A stretch of 52,579 bases of DNA from Asaia bogorensis (GTDB lineage Bacteria > Pseudomonadota > Alphaproteobacteria > SHVZ01): assembly GCA_945897335.1 (NCBI GenBank), contig CAMDFP010000003.1, positions 1-52,579 of the forward strand, given 5' to 3'. The position numbers and the translations under genes are program-made. Positions 27,464 to 37,221 of the stretch are shown piece after piece. Under the pieces are notes generated by a model, which searched no databases, was not told where the DNA came from, and saw only the letters and a program-made list of their open reading frames with translations. Every line of letters starts with the position of its first letter. Within the stretch, counting starts at the first letter, position 1.

Positions 27464-28858
27464 CTACGCATCGCGCGGCGGCGGCGCTTCGCCCATGTCC
27501 CAGAACAGCCCGGTCATGATCGCCAGGCCCTCGCGCAGCAGCGGCTCCAGCACATGCTCGTTCGGCGCATGCTGGGAACAGGCGGCGTAGGAATGCGGGA
27601 CCCAGATCGTCGGCATGCCCAGCGTGTCCGAGAAGCAGTCGTTGGGAAGCGACCCGCCCAGATTGGGCAGAACCGCAGGCTTGATCCCGGTCGTCGCTTC
27701 CAGTGAGGCCGCCGCCCAGCGCGCCGCCGGATGATCCGGATCGACCCGGGTCGCATGCATGATGACCTCCTTCGACGCCTTGACCTCGACCATCGGGAAG
27801 CCGTGGGCGTCGAGGTGACGGCGGATCGCCGGCAGGAAGGTCTTCGGATCGCGGTCGACGGTGAAGCGGATCTGGCAATGAGCGCTGGCTGTCGGCGGCA
27901 CCGCATTGACCGGCTTCAGCGGATTGCCGGTCGAGAAGGCCAGTACCTCGAAGGTGTTCCAGGCGAAGACCTTCTCGGCCGCGGTCAGGCCGGGCTCGCC
28001 CCACCACGGATCGATCGTCGGCGCGTCCTCGCCGCCAGAGACTTCGCAATCGGCGAGCGCGTGCCGGATCGAGTTGGGGATCGATTGCGGAACGATGTCC
28101 CTGAGCAGGACCCGGCCCCTGGCGTCGATCAGCGAGGTGATCGCATGCGCCAGGATGACGCCCGGATTGGCGAGCAGCCCGCCCCAGTTGCCGGAGTGGT
28201 GGCCGCCCTTCCGGAGATTGACCGTGAGGTCGAAGTTGAGGGCGCCGCGTGTCCCCATGAAGATCGTGGGCTGCTGGGGTGAGAGCCTGGGTCCGTCCGA
28301 TCCGATCAGGATGTCGGCCGTGAGCTCGTCCCGAGCCAAGGCGCAGAACTCTGCCAGGCCGGGTGATCCAATCTCCTCACTGGTCTCGATCAGGATGCGG
28401 GAGTTGAAGCCGAGCCTGCCGCGCTCGGCCAGAACGAAGCCGAGGGCGGCCAAGTTGATCGAGTGCTGGGCCTTGTTGTCCGCGCTGCCGCGCCCGTACC
28501 AGCGCTCGCCAACCTTCTGCAGCATCCAGGGATCGCGGTTTTCCGCCCAGCTTCCTTCCTGGCCTCGAACGACGTCGCCATGACCGTAGGTGAGCACCGT
28601 CGGTAGATCCGTGCCCTCCCGCCGCTCGGCGGTCAGGAACGGCCCTCCGGGGGCGACGGGGTTCTCGTGGACCTTGGTCGTGTAGCCGAGCGCCGTCAGC
28701 TTCGGGCCGATCTCGTCCTTCAGATATCCGTAGAGGTGAGGGCGGCTCTCCGGCACCTGGCTTTCGGTGTGGAAGGCGACGCGCCGCTTCAGGTCGACGA
28801 AAAAGCTGCCATCGTCGAAATGGCGATGAGCGCGGGCGATGGCGGCGGCGCGAGACAT
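27464..28858 (-). CDS. M20 family metallopeptidase/deacylase
   Basis: Motifs LTYGHGDVV, YGRGSADNK, ETSEEIGS, SDG, HSGNWGG, QHAPNEH. Start inferred at MSRAAAIARA. Confidence 0.92.
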   Translation of the reverse strand: MSRAAAIARAHRHFDDGSFFVDLKRRVAFHTESQVPESRPHLYGYLKDEIGPKLTALGYTTKVHENPVAPGGPFLTAERREGTDLPTVLTYGHGDVVRGQEGSWAENRDPWMLQKVGERWYGRGSADNKAQHSINLAALGFVLAERGRLGFNSRILIETSEEIGSPGLAEFCALARDELTADILIGSDGPRLSPQQPTIFMGTRGALNFDLTVNLRKGGHHSGNWGGLLANPGVILAHAITSLIDARGRVLLRDIVPQSIPNSIRHALADCEVSGGEDAPTIDPWWGEPGLTAAEKVFAWNTFEVLAFSTGNPLKPVNAVPPTASAHCQIRFTVDRDPKTFLPAIRRHLDAHGFPMVEVKASKEVIMHATRVDPDHPAARWAAASLEATTGIKPAVLPNLGGSLPNDCFSDTLGMPTIWVPHSYAACSQHAPNEHVLEPLLREGLAIMTGLFWDMGEAPPPRDA

Positions 28859-28875
28859 GGGACTCTCCGAGGGGA

Positions 28876-29769
28876 CTATTCGCGGGTCAGCAGCCAGCCG
28901 GCGACGAGGGCGACCTCGCGCGACGGGTCGGCGACTTCCGGGACGACGAGGTGGTGGGCGAGACGAGCCGGCCAGCGGCGGCCGAACAGGTCGATCAGGG
29001 TGCCGGAGGCGACGAGCGCATCGGCGACCGGCGCCGTCGCGAGCGCGATTCCGGCGCCGGCCGCGGCGGCGTGCAGAGCCACCACGAGGCTGTCGCATTG
29101 GATGCCCTCTGACGGATCCATCCCGGTGATGCCGGCAAGCCGGAGATAGGTGCCCCAGCCCTCGCGCTCGCCGATGGCGTGAACGAGCTGATGGCCGGGA
29201 AGGTCGGCCGGCATCCTGAGCGGGGGTGCCCCGGCGAGATAGGCAGGGCTCGCCACCGGGAAGAACGCCTCGTCGAACAGCCGGTGCGCCTTGACCCCGG
29301 GCCAGGTGCCGGCCCCGTATCGGATCTCGATGTCGACTCCGTCCTGGCCGAAGTCGATCGGGGCGTAGAGCGTGGTGACGCGGACGGTGACCTTCGGATG
29401 CTCGGCGCGGAACCGGGCCAGCATCGGCGCCAGCCAGAGGGCGGCGAGCGTGGCGGTTGCCCGCAACGTCACCGGGCGCCCTTCGGGACGGCCGAAGATC
29501 TCGGTGGTGCCGAGGTCGATGCGCTCGATCCCGTCCTGGACGATCGGCAGGTAGGCGATGCCGGCATCGGTGAGGGCGAGCGCGCGGGGCAGACGCTTGA
29601 ACAGCTGGGCGCCCAGCCAGTCCTCGAGCTGGCGCACCTGCTGGCTGACCGCGGCCTGGGTCACGCCGAGCTCCTCGCCGGCCTCGGTGAACGAGAGATG
29701 GCGGGCGGCGGCCTCGAAGGCGCGAAGCCAGTTCAGCGGCGGAAGGCGTCGGCGGCGTGGGCTCTGCAT
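28876..29769 (-). CDS. LysR family transcriptional regulator (GcvA/AmpR-like)
   Basis: RLPPLNWLRAFEAAARHLSFT..GEELGVTQAAVSQQVRQLE helix-turn-helix. Confidence 0.95.
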   Translation of the reverse strand: MQSPRRRRLPPLNWLRAFEAAARHLSFTEAGEELGVTQAAVSQQVRQLEDWLGAQLFKRLPRALALTDAGIAYLPIVQDGIERIDLGTTEIFGRPEGRPVTLRATATLAALWLAPMLARFRAEHPKVTVRVTTLYAPIDFGQDGVDIEIRYGAGTWPGVKAHRLFDEAFFPVASPAYLAGAPPLRMPADLPGHQLVHAIGEREGWGTYLRLAGITGMDPSEGIQCDSLVVALHAAAAGAGIALATAPVADALVASGTLIDLFGRRWPARLAHHLVVPEVADPSREVALVAGWLLTRE

Positions 29770-29779
29770 AAGCGGCGAA

Positions 29780-29792
29780 GGGTCTCAGACCC
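29780..29792. promoter_or_regulatory. Inverted repeat GGGTCT-C-AGACCC in the LysR/Rieske divergent promoter region
   Basis: Perfect 6-1-6 inverted repeat 11 nt from the LysR start codon. Confidence 0.3.
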
Positions 29793-29880
29793 AGGATTGC
29801 TTTCGTGTCGGGGGAGGGGCCGAGGGATAGATTCTCAGCCGCGGCGGCCAAGTACAAGGGCCGGCGCGAAGGAGGAGGTC

Positions 29881-31125
29881 ATGGACACCCTGCTCGCTCC
29901 GACCGAGACGGCCCGGAGAGACTACGTACGGGCGATGGCCGCCCAGCACCGGGCCGGCGGCCCTCTGCAGCGAGAGTTCTACACATCGCCCGACATCTTC
30001 CAGGAGGACATGCGGCGGATCTGGGGCCGCTACTGGCTCTATGCCGGCCATACCTGCCAGATCCCGCGTACCGGCGACTGGCTGACCTACGATGTCGGCT
30101 CGGACTCGGTGATCGTCGTCCGCGGCGAGAAGGGCGAAATCCGCGCCTTCCACAACACCTGCCGCCATCGTGGCAGCCGCGTCTGCCCGGCCGAAACCGG
30201 CAACAGCCGCCGGCTGGTCTGCCCCTATCACGCCTGGACCTACGGCCTCGACGGCCAGCTGATGATGGATACCAAGGCCGACTTCGGCATCGATCGCAGC
30301 GAGCTGTCGCTGCATCCGGTCAAGGTGCGCGCCGTCGCCGGCCTCATCTTCATCTCGCTCTCCGACAATCCTGTCGATTTCGAGGACGGCTTCGAAACCA
30401 TCGCGCGCAAGCTGGCGCCGCACGGGCTCGAGCGCGCCAAGGTCGCGCACCAGATCGACTATGTGGTGAAGGCCAACTGGAAGCTGGTCTTCGAGAACAA
30501 CCGCGAATGCTATCACTGCCCGCCGAACCACCGGGAATACAACACGGCGACCTACGACGTTCACCGTGACAACGGCAATTTCGATCCGAAGCTCAAGGCG
30601 GAGATGGAGCAGATCGTCACCGAGGCCAATGCGCGCTTCCGCTCGCTCGGCCTCGACGAGGGCGACGCCCAGTCGACGATGACCGGTGGCCATTGGCGCT
30701 GCCATCGCACGCCGCTGATGAAAGGATTCACCACCCAGAGCCTGGGCGGAAGACCAGTTGCGCCGCTGATGGGCGACTTCAAGGAGCGCAACGCCGGCAC
30801 GCTCCGCATGACCACCTTCCCGAATTTCTGGCAGCACGCCAATGACGACTACGCCTGTGCCAGCCGGCTGACCGCCATCGGCCCGGCCGAGACCCATGTG
30901 CGCGTCCTCTGGTTCGTCGACCGAGAGGCGATCGAAGGGCGCGACTACACGCTGGACCGCCTGCTGCCGGTCTGGAAGCTGACCTCCGAGCAGGACTGGG
31001 ACATCTGCCAGTGGAACCAGCAGGGCGTGTCGTCGTCCCGCTACATCCCCGGCCGCTACTCGCTGACGCGTGAGCAGAACGTCGCCCACTTCGTCGATTG
31101 GTACCTGAAAGAGGTGGCGAAGTGA
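29881..31125 (+). CDS. Rieske non-heme iron oxygenase alpha subunit (GbcA/Stc2-like quaternary-amine N-demethylase family)
   Basis: Rieske CRH...CPYH. Mononuclear-iron region NWKLVFENNRECYHCPPNH and EQDWDIC. SD GGAGG upstream. Confidence 0.9.
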   Translation: MDTLLAPTETARRDYVRAMAAQHRAGGPLQREFYTSPDIFQEDMRRIWGRYWLYAGHTCQIPRTGDWLTYDVGSDSVIVVRGEKGEIRAFHNTCRHRGSRVCPAETGNSRRLVCPYHAWTYGLDGQLMMDTKADFGIDRSELSLHPVKVRAVAGLIFISLSDNPVDFEDGFETIARKLAPHGLERAKVAHQIDYVVKANWKLVFENNRECYHCPPNHREYNTATYDVHRDNGNFDPKLKAEMEQIVTEANARFRSLGLDEGDAQSTMTGGHWRCHRTPLMKGFTTQSLGGRPVAPLMGDFKERNAGTLRMTTFPNFWQHANDDYACASRLTAIGPAETHVRVLWFVDREAIEGRDYTLDRLLPVWKLTSEQDWDICQWNQQGVSSSRYIPGRYSLTREQNVAHFVDWYLKEVAK

Positions 31126-33551
31126 CGTCAGTGAACCTGCCGAGCCGCGCTCGTGTCGTCGTCATCGGCGGGGGCGCCGTCGGCTGCTCGATCGCCTATC
31201 ACCTGGTGAAGGAGGGCGAGACCGACGTCCTTCTCCTGGAGAAGAGCGGGCTCACGCATGGCGCCACCTGGCATGCCGCTGGCCTGGTCGGCCAGCTTCG
31301 CTCCAAGCGCAACCTGACGCGCCTGATGCAGGACTCGGTTGCGCTCTACGGGCGGCTTTCCGCCGAGACCGGCCAGGAGACCGAGTGGAAGGCCGCGGGC
31401 AGCCTGCGGCTGGCGTCGTCCGAGGCGCGGTGGAGCGAGCTCAAGCGTTCGGTCTCGAGCGCCCGCAGCTTCGGCTTCGAAATCCACACAGTCGGGCCGG
31501 CCGAGGCCCAGAAGATGTTCCCGCTGATCACCCTCGACGGTGTGGTCGGCGCAGTCTTCGTGCCGACCGACGGCTATGTCGATCCGACCGGCCTCACCAT
31601 GGCGATGGCCAAGGGCGCGCGTGCCGGCGGGGCGAAACTGGTCGAGGGCGTGCTGGTTACCGGCATCGAGACCAAGGGACGGCGCGCGACCCGCGTCCTC
31701 ACCGATCACGGCGCGGTCGAGTGCGAGATCCTGGTGAACGCTGCCGGCATGTGGGCCGATCGCATCGGCGCCATGGCCGGGGTCAAGGTGCCCGCGGTCG
31801 CGGTCGAGCACCAGTACATGGTGACCGAGAAGTCAGACCAGATCCCGAAGGGCTTGCCGACGCTGCGCGACCCGGACAAGGCCTTCTACCTGAAGCCCGA
31901 CGTTGCGGCACTGGTGATCGGCGGCTGGGAGCCGAATACGGTGCCTTTCGGCCGCGGCGGCGCGCCTTTCGACTTCGGCCGCGAGCTGCTGCCGCCGAAC
32001 TTCGACCGCTTCGAGCAGATCGCGCTGCCGGCAGCCGAACGCCTGCCGATCCTGAATTCGCTTGGCATCCGGACCCTGATCAACGGCGCGATCCCGATCT
32101 CGCCCGATGGCGAGCCGATCCTTGGCCTGGCGCCCGAGCTCGACAACATGTTCGTCGCCTGCGGCTTCACCTCGGGCATCGCCGCGTCGGGCGGCGCCGG
32201 GCGTGCCGTCGCGCAATGGATCGTCCATGGCGAGCCCGAGCGCGATCTCTGGGCCTTCGACATTCGCCGCTTCGGCCTGCACCACATGAGCGGCCGCTAT
32301 CGCTACGAGCGCGCCGTCGAGAGCTATCACCGCTACTACCTGATCCACTGGCCGGTCGAGGAGCTGTCGACCGGGCGAGGGGGGCGGCGGAGCCCGCTCT
32401 ACTCGCTGCTGAAAGCCAAGGGCGCGGTGTTCGGTTCGCGCTTCGGCTGGGAACGGCCGAACTGGTTTGCGATCGGCGGTGCCAAGCCGGTCGATGTGCC
32501 GTCCTTCGAAGGACGGCCATCCTGGTTCGAGGCGGTGGCGGCCGAGCACAAGGCGACGCGCGAGCGTGTCACCCTGTTCGACCAGTCCTCCTTCTCCAAG
32601 TTCGAGATCGACGGCCCCGGGGCCTTCAAGGCGCTGCAGCGCATCGCCGCCAATGACCTGGACAAGCCGGCGGGGACGGCGATCTACACCCAGCTCTGCA
32701 ACACCCGCGGCGGCATCGAGGCCGACCTCACCTTCATGCGGCTCGACGAGAACCGCTTCTACGTCGTCACCGGCTCCGGCTTCGGCATCCGCGACGGCGG
32801 CTGGATCCAGCGCCATCTGCCGGCGGATGGCTCCGTCGCCTTCCGCGACGTGACCTCGGCCCGCGCCGTCATCAACATCTGCGGCCCGCGGTCGCGCGAG
32901 GTGCTGGCGAAGGTGGCCGAGGGCGAGGTCTCGAACGTCGCCTTCCCCTATCTCGGCGCCCGCGAGCTCCGCATCGGCTATGCGCCGGTGCTGGCCGTCC
33001 GCATCACCTATGTCGGCGAGCTCGGCTGGGAGCTGCATATGCCCGTCGAGTACGCGGCTCATGTCTACGAGGCGCTCAGCGAGGCGGGGGCCGAGTTCGG
33101 AATCGCGGATGCCGGTTACCGCACCATCGAGGCGCTGCGGCTGGAGAAGCGCTATCTCTACTGGGGTGCCGACATCACGCCCGACTACACGCCCTACGAG
33201 GCCGGGCTCGGTTTCGCGGTTGCGATGAATAAGGGAGACTTCATTGGCCGCGATGCGCTGGTCCGGGCCAAGACCGAGGGGCCGAAGCGGCGGCTGGTGA
33301 CGCTTCTCCTGGACGAGCCGGTTTCGGTCTATGGCGGCGAAGCGATCTTTTCGGGCGATGGCCGCGTGCTCGGCGTCACTTCCAGTGGCGGCTACGGCCA
33401 TACCGTCGGCAAGAGCATCGTCTACGGCTATGTCGCGGCCGAAGATGCCAAGAGCGATCGTTACGAGGTCGAGGCCTTCATGCGGCGGGTGGGGGCAACC
33501 CGGTCCGACAAGGCGCCCTACGATCCGGAGCGGAAGAAGCTGCTGGCCTAG
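31122..33551 (+). CDS. FAD-dependent oxidoreductase with GcvT-like folate-binding domain (dimethylglycine/sarcosine dehydrogenase family)
   Basis: Motifs GGGAVG, LTHGATWHAAGL (covalent-FAD His motif), GWERPNWF, YVGELGWELH, LRLEK. GTGA coupling to the Rieske gene. Confidence 0.92.
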   Translation: MTSVNLPSRARVVVIGGGAVGCSIAYHLVKEGETDVLLLEKSGLTHGATWHAAGLVGQLRSKRNLTRLMQDSVALYGRLSAETGQETEWKAAGSLRLASSEARWSELKRSVSSARSFGFEIHTVGPAEAQKMFPLITLDGVVGAVFVPTDGYVDPTGLTMAMAKGARAGGAKLVEGVLVTGIETKGRRATRVLTDHGAVECEILVNAAGMWADRIGAMAGVKVPAVAVEHQYMVTEKSDQIPKGLPTLRDPDKAFYLKPDVAALVIGGWEPNTVPFGRGGAPFDFGRELLPPNFDRFEQIALPAAERLPILNSLGIRTLINGAIPISPDGEPILGLAPELDNMFVACGFTSGIAASGGAGRAVAQWIVHGEPERDLWAFDIRRFGLHHMSGRYRYERAVESYHRYYLIHWPVEELSTGRGGRRSPLYSLLKAKGAVFGSRFGWERPNWFAIGGAKPVDVPSFEGRPSWFEAVAAEHKATRERVTLFDQSSFSKFEIDGPGAFKALQRIAANDLDKPAGTAIYTQLCNTRGGIEADLTFMRLDENRFYVVTGSGFGIRDGGWIQRHLPADGSVAFRDVTSARAVINICGPRSREVLAKVAEGEVSNVAFPYLGARELRIGYAPVLAVRITYVGELGWELHMPVEYAAHVYEALSEAGAEFGIADAGYRTIEALRLEKRYLYWGADITPDYTPYEAGLGFAVAMNKGDFIGRDALVRAKTEGPKRRLVTLLLDEPVSVYGGEAIFSGDGRVLGVTSSGGYGHTVGKSIVYGYVAAEDAKSDRYEVEAFMRRVGATRSDKAPYDPERKKLLA

Positions 33552-35257
33552 GAGCCGGCACCGGCGGCGCCAGTAATCGCACGCGCCGCCATGGCGAGGC
33601 CGATCTCGCGCTCGCCCATGACCACCTCGTTGGCGCCCAGGCTCTTCAGATGCTTGGCCTCGGCGTCCGAATGCGCGCGGGCGACGATCTCGATGTCCTC
33701 GTTGGCGGCTAGCGCGATCTCCGCATACTGGCCGGCTTCGAAAGCATTGGGGATAGCGAGGAAGAGCCGGTGGGCGCGGCCGACATTGGCCGCCGACAGG
33801 AGCACGTCCACCGAGTCGGGGCCCTCTATCACCTGGATGTTCTTGCGGCGGAGATCTTCGGCGATGGCCGGGTTTTCTTCGATGACCACCATCGGTTCGC
33901 CGGCTTGGATGAGTGCTTCGCCGATGATGCTTCCGACCCGTCCATAGCCATCGACGATCGAATGCCCGGCGAGTTGCGCGGCAGGCGCGCTGGGAGCGGG
34001 CGGCGCGTCGGACGAATCCAAGGCAGTGGTTGGGACGCCCCGATGCCTCCGCGTCCCCTGGGAGCGAAACCAATCGAGCAAGACGAAGGCCAGCGGGTTC
34101 ACCATGATCGACAGGATGGCGCCGGCGATGATCAGGTCGCGTCCTTCCTCGGGCAGGAGTCCGAGCGACACGCCGAGAGCGGCGAGGATGAACGAGAACT
34201 CGCCGATCTGGGCGAGGCTGGCAGAAATGATCAGTGAGGTTCCGAGGGAGCGCCCGAAGGCGCGGGCGATCACCAGGGCCGCAACCGACTTGCCGATGAT
34301 GATGATGAACAGCGTGCCGATCAGCGGCAGGGGATTCTGGATAAGGATGAGCGGGTCAAACAGCATGCCGACGGAGACGAAAAACAGGACGGCGAAGGCG
34401 TCGCGAAGCGGCAGGACTTCTGCGGCGGCCTGGTGGCTCAGCTCGGATTCGGCCAGCACCATGCCGGCGAAGAAGGCCCCCAGCGCGAAGGAGACGTCGA
34501 AGAGCTGGGCGGAACCATAGGCGACGCCGAGCGCGATCGAGAGAACGGCCAGCCGGAAGAGCTCGCGCGAGCCAGTGTAGGCCATGTAGTGGAGGAGCCA
34601 GGGGATGACCCGGCGTCCGACGATCAGCATGAGGGCGACGAAGGCGCCGACCTTGGCCATCGTGACGCCGATGGCGAGCGCGATTCCCTGCGCATCGGTC
34701 GCCGCACCCGGCGTGCCGCCTGCGTCCTCCTTCATCAACCCAGCGATGGATGGAAGCAGAACCAGGGCCAGCACCATCGCCAGGTCTTCGACGATCAGCC
34801 AGCCGACCGCGATCCGGCCCTGTTCGGTTTCCACCATCCGACGATCCTGGAGCGCCCGCAGCAGCACGACGGTGCTGGCGACCGAGAGGGCGAGGCCGAA
34901 GACGAGGCCGGCGCCGACGCCCCAGCCCATCATCCACGCCAGCCCCATGCCGAGCAGTGTGGCGAAGGCGATCTGGGCCAGCGCGCCGGGCACCGCGATC
35001 ATCTTCACCGACAGAAGGTCGCGGATCGAAAAGTGAAGCCCGACGCCGAACATCAGCAGGATGACGCCGATCTCCGCCAGCTGCGGTGCCAGCATCTGGT
35101 CGACGAGGAAGCCCGGCGTATAGGGGCCGAGGGCGACGCCGGCGAGCAGATATCCGACCAGGGGTGAAGCCTTAAGGCGGTGGGCGACTGCGCCGAGGAT
35201 GAAGGCGAGGACCAGGCCGACCACGATGGTGGTGATGAGCGGCGTGTAGTGCACCAT
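33548..35257 (-). CDS. ybaL: CPA2 cation:proton antiporter, YbaL/RosB-like, with C-terminal TrkA-N domain
   Basis: Motifs LAEIGVILLMFGVGLHFS, ASTVVLLRAL, PLRDAFAVLFFVSVG, LAQIGEFSFIL; C-terminal GYGRVG and ARAHSDAE. Confidence 0.88.
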   Translation of the reverse strand: MVHYTPLITTIVVGLVLAFILGAVAHRLKASPLVGYLLAGVALGPYTPGFLVDQMLAPQLAEIGVILLMFGVGLHFSIRDLLSVKMIAVPGALAQIAFATLLGMGLAWMMGWGVGAGLVFGLALSVASTVVLLRALQDRRMVETEQGRIAVGWLIVEDLAMVLALVLLPSIAGLMKEDAGGTPGAATDAQGIALAIGVTMAKVGAFVALMLIVGRRVIPWLLHYMAYTGSRELFRLAVLSIALGVAYGSAQLFDVSFALGAFFAGMVLAESELSHQAAAEVLPLRDAFAVLFFVSVGMLFDPLILIQNPLPLIGTLFIIIIGKSVAALVIARAFGRSLGTSLIISASLAQIGEFSFILAALGVSLGLLPEEGRDLIIAGAILSIMVNPLAFVLLDWFRSQGTRRHRGVPTTALDSSDAPPAPSAPAAQLAGHSIVDGYGRVGSIIGEALIQAGEPMVVIEENPAIAEDLRRKNIQVIEGPDSVDVLLSAANVGRAHRLFLAIPNAFEAGQYAEIALAANEDIEIVARAHSDAEAKHLKSLGANEVVMGEREIGLAMAARAITGAAGAGS

Positions 35258-35350
35258 GCGCCGGACCTCCTCCATGCGGGCGTTTCAGGATGATTGGTAA
35301 TGCGGGCCGGGCCGGCCGGTTGCAGGCGGACGGCGCGCTGCGCGAAGAAA

Positions 35351-36208
35351 TTAACGGCCGGTCAGCTTGTAGATCCGCTCGGCGTTGCCACCGAGGACGC
35401 TGGCGCGTGCTTGCGGACTAAGCCGGTTCTGGAGCCATGCCAGCAGCGCATCGGCCCAGCCTGCGTAGCCGCCGGCCAGGTCGACCACTGGCCAGTCGCT
35501 GCCGAACAGCAGGCGATCGGGGCCGAAGGCATCGAGCAGGACGTCCAGATAAGGCGTGAGGTCGTCGGCCTTCCACCCTGGCGTGGCCTCGGTCACCAGG
35601 CCCGAGGTCTTGCAGACGACGGATGCCTGCCCGCCGAGACGGCGCATCTTCCCGGCCCAGTCGGCGAAGTCGGAATCGCCCGCCGACCACCGAGCGATGT
35701 CTGGCTTGGCGCCATGGTCGATCACGACCTGAAGATCCGGGTACCGCTCGACCAGGGTCAGCAACGGCGCGAGATGCACCGGCCTGACCAGCGCGTCGAA
35801 CACGAGCCCGGCCCGGATGATCGCGGCATAAGCCGGGGCCAGGCGCGGGAACAGCATCCAGAGCGGATCGGGGATTTCGTGGATCATCGGCCGGAGGCCG
35901 ACCAGCTTGGGTACTTCGGCGAGGCGGGCAATTCGCTGGGGCGCGTCGCCGGCCTCCATGTCGATCCAGCCGACGACGCCGGCGACCGAAGGCGTCGCCG
36001 TCGCGAGTTCGAGCAGGTAGCGGGTTTCGGCTTCGGTCGGCGCCGCCTGCACCAGCACGGTGCGGTCGATCTCGTAGGCCGCGAGGTGAGGGGCGAGGTC
36101 GGGCGGCCCAAAGTCGCGGTAGATGGCGGCGAGCGCCGGCGTCAGCCAGCCATAGTCGCCGCGATCGAGCCGCCAGTAGTGCTGATGGGCGTCGACGCGC
36201 CCGGTCAT
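35351..36208 (-). CDS. Amidohydrolase-family sugar lactonase (L-fucono-1,5-lactonase-like)
   Basis: Motifs DAHQHYW, TVLVQAA, VIDHGAKP, KTSGLVTEA, FGSDWPV. Confidence 0.85.
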   Translation of the reverse strand: MTGRVDAHQHYWRLDRGDYGWLTPALAAIYRDFGPPDLAPHLAAYEIDRTVLVQAAPTEAETRYLLELATATPSVAGVVGWIDMEAGDAPQRIARLAEVPKLVGLRPMIHEIPDPLWMLFPRLAPAYAAIIRAGLVFDALVRPVHLAPLLTLVERYPDLQVVIDHGAKPDIARWSAGDSDFADWAGKMRRLGGQASVVCKTSGLVTEATPGWKADDLTPYLDVLLDAFGPDRLLFGSDWPVVDLAGGYAGWADALLAWLQNRLSPQARASVLGGNAERIYKLTGR

Positions 36209-37221
36209 GACGTCGGTGCGGCTGCGGCGATCAGCCGTTCGGCCTTGAGATCAGCCCAGAGCGCCGGCGGGATCGGGCGCGCGAGCAGGTCCTGGTTGCT
36301 TCGCACCTCGCCGGCGGTGCGGGCGCCGACGACCACGCCGGCAACCGACGGGTGGGCGAGAGGGAACCGGAGCGCGGCGGCGGCAAGCGGCACGCTGTGC
36401 GCCTGGCAGACCCGCTCCAGCGCAGAAGCGCGCTCGAGGACCTTCGGCGGTGCCGGTGCATAGTTGTAGTAGGCGCCGGGTTTGGGACCGGTCGCGAGTA
36501 TGCCCGAGTTGAAGACGCCGCCGGCGATGACGGAGATGCTTTTTTTCTGGCAGAACGGCAGGAAGTTCGCCAGCGGTTCCTGCTCCAGCAGCGTATAGCG
36601 CCCCGCCAGAAGCACGCAATCAATGTCGGCGACGCGGGCGACGGACTCGCAGACCTGCCATTCGTTGACGCCAAGGCCGATAGCGCCGATGACGCCCTGG
36701 GCACGCAGGTCGGCCAGCGCCGGATAGGCGCCGTCCATCGCTTCCTTGAAGCGGCGGGGCTGCTCGTCGCCATGGGTGAAGCGGTCGATATCGTGGATCA
36801 GCAGGACATCTATGCGCCCGACTCCAAGACGCGTCAGGCTCGCCTCGACCGAGCGCAGCACGCCGTCGTGGCTGTAGTCGTAGACCGGCGCCGCGTTCGG
36901 CACGTCGACATAGGCCCCGCCGTCGACCTTGGTGTCCTGCTCGACCAGAAGCCGCCCGACCTTGGTCGACAGGCTATAAGCGTCGCGCGGCCTGGTCTTC
37001 AGGTAGCTGCCGACGCGCCGTTCGCCTAGCCCGTGGCCATAGAGCGGAGCGGTGTCGAAATAGCGCCATCCGGCGAGCCAGGCAGCGTCAAGGGCCTGCT
37101 CCGCCGCCTGCTCGGCTACGACCGAGAACAGGTTGCCGAGCGGCGCGCCGCCGAATCCCAGCCGGGTGACCTCCACGCTCGAGCGGCCGAGATATCGCAC
37201 GCCCTGCAAATCTTCGGTCAT
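36205..37221 (-). CDS. Aldo/keto reductase (D-threo-aldose/L-fucose dehydrogenase-like)
   Basis: Motifs LGFGGAPLGNL, FDTAPLYGHG, STKVGR, IHD, LAGRYTLLEQ, GGVFNSGILA. Confidence 0.88.
   Translation of the reverse strand: MTEDLQGVRYLGRSSVEVTRLGFGGAPLGNLFSVVAEQAAEQALDAAWLAGWRYFDTAPLYGHGLGERRVGSYLKTRPRDAYSLSTKVGRLLVEQDTKVDGGAYVDVPNAAPVYDYSHDGVLRSVEASLTRLGVGRIDVLLIHDIDRFTHGDEQPRRFKEAMDGAYPALADLRAQGVIGAIGLGVNEWQVCESVARVADIDCVLLAGRYTLLEQEPLANFLPFCQKKSISVIAGGVFNSGILATGPKPGAYYNYAPAPPKVLERASALERVCQAHSVPLAAAALRFPLAHPSVAGVVVGARTAGEVRSNQDLLARPIPPALWADLKAERLIAAAAPTS

Noticed and set aside
21262-34073. Long overlapping or antisense ORFs (e.g. 21262-23376, 31833-34073, and the 5' extensions of 27464-29857, 29179-31125 and 25099-26730)
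   Set aside because: Arg/Pro/Gly-rich shadow frames expected in high-GC coding DNA. They overlap well-supported genes and show no motifs.
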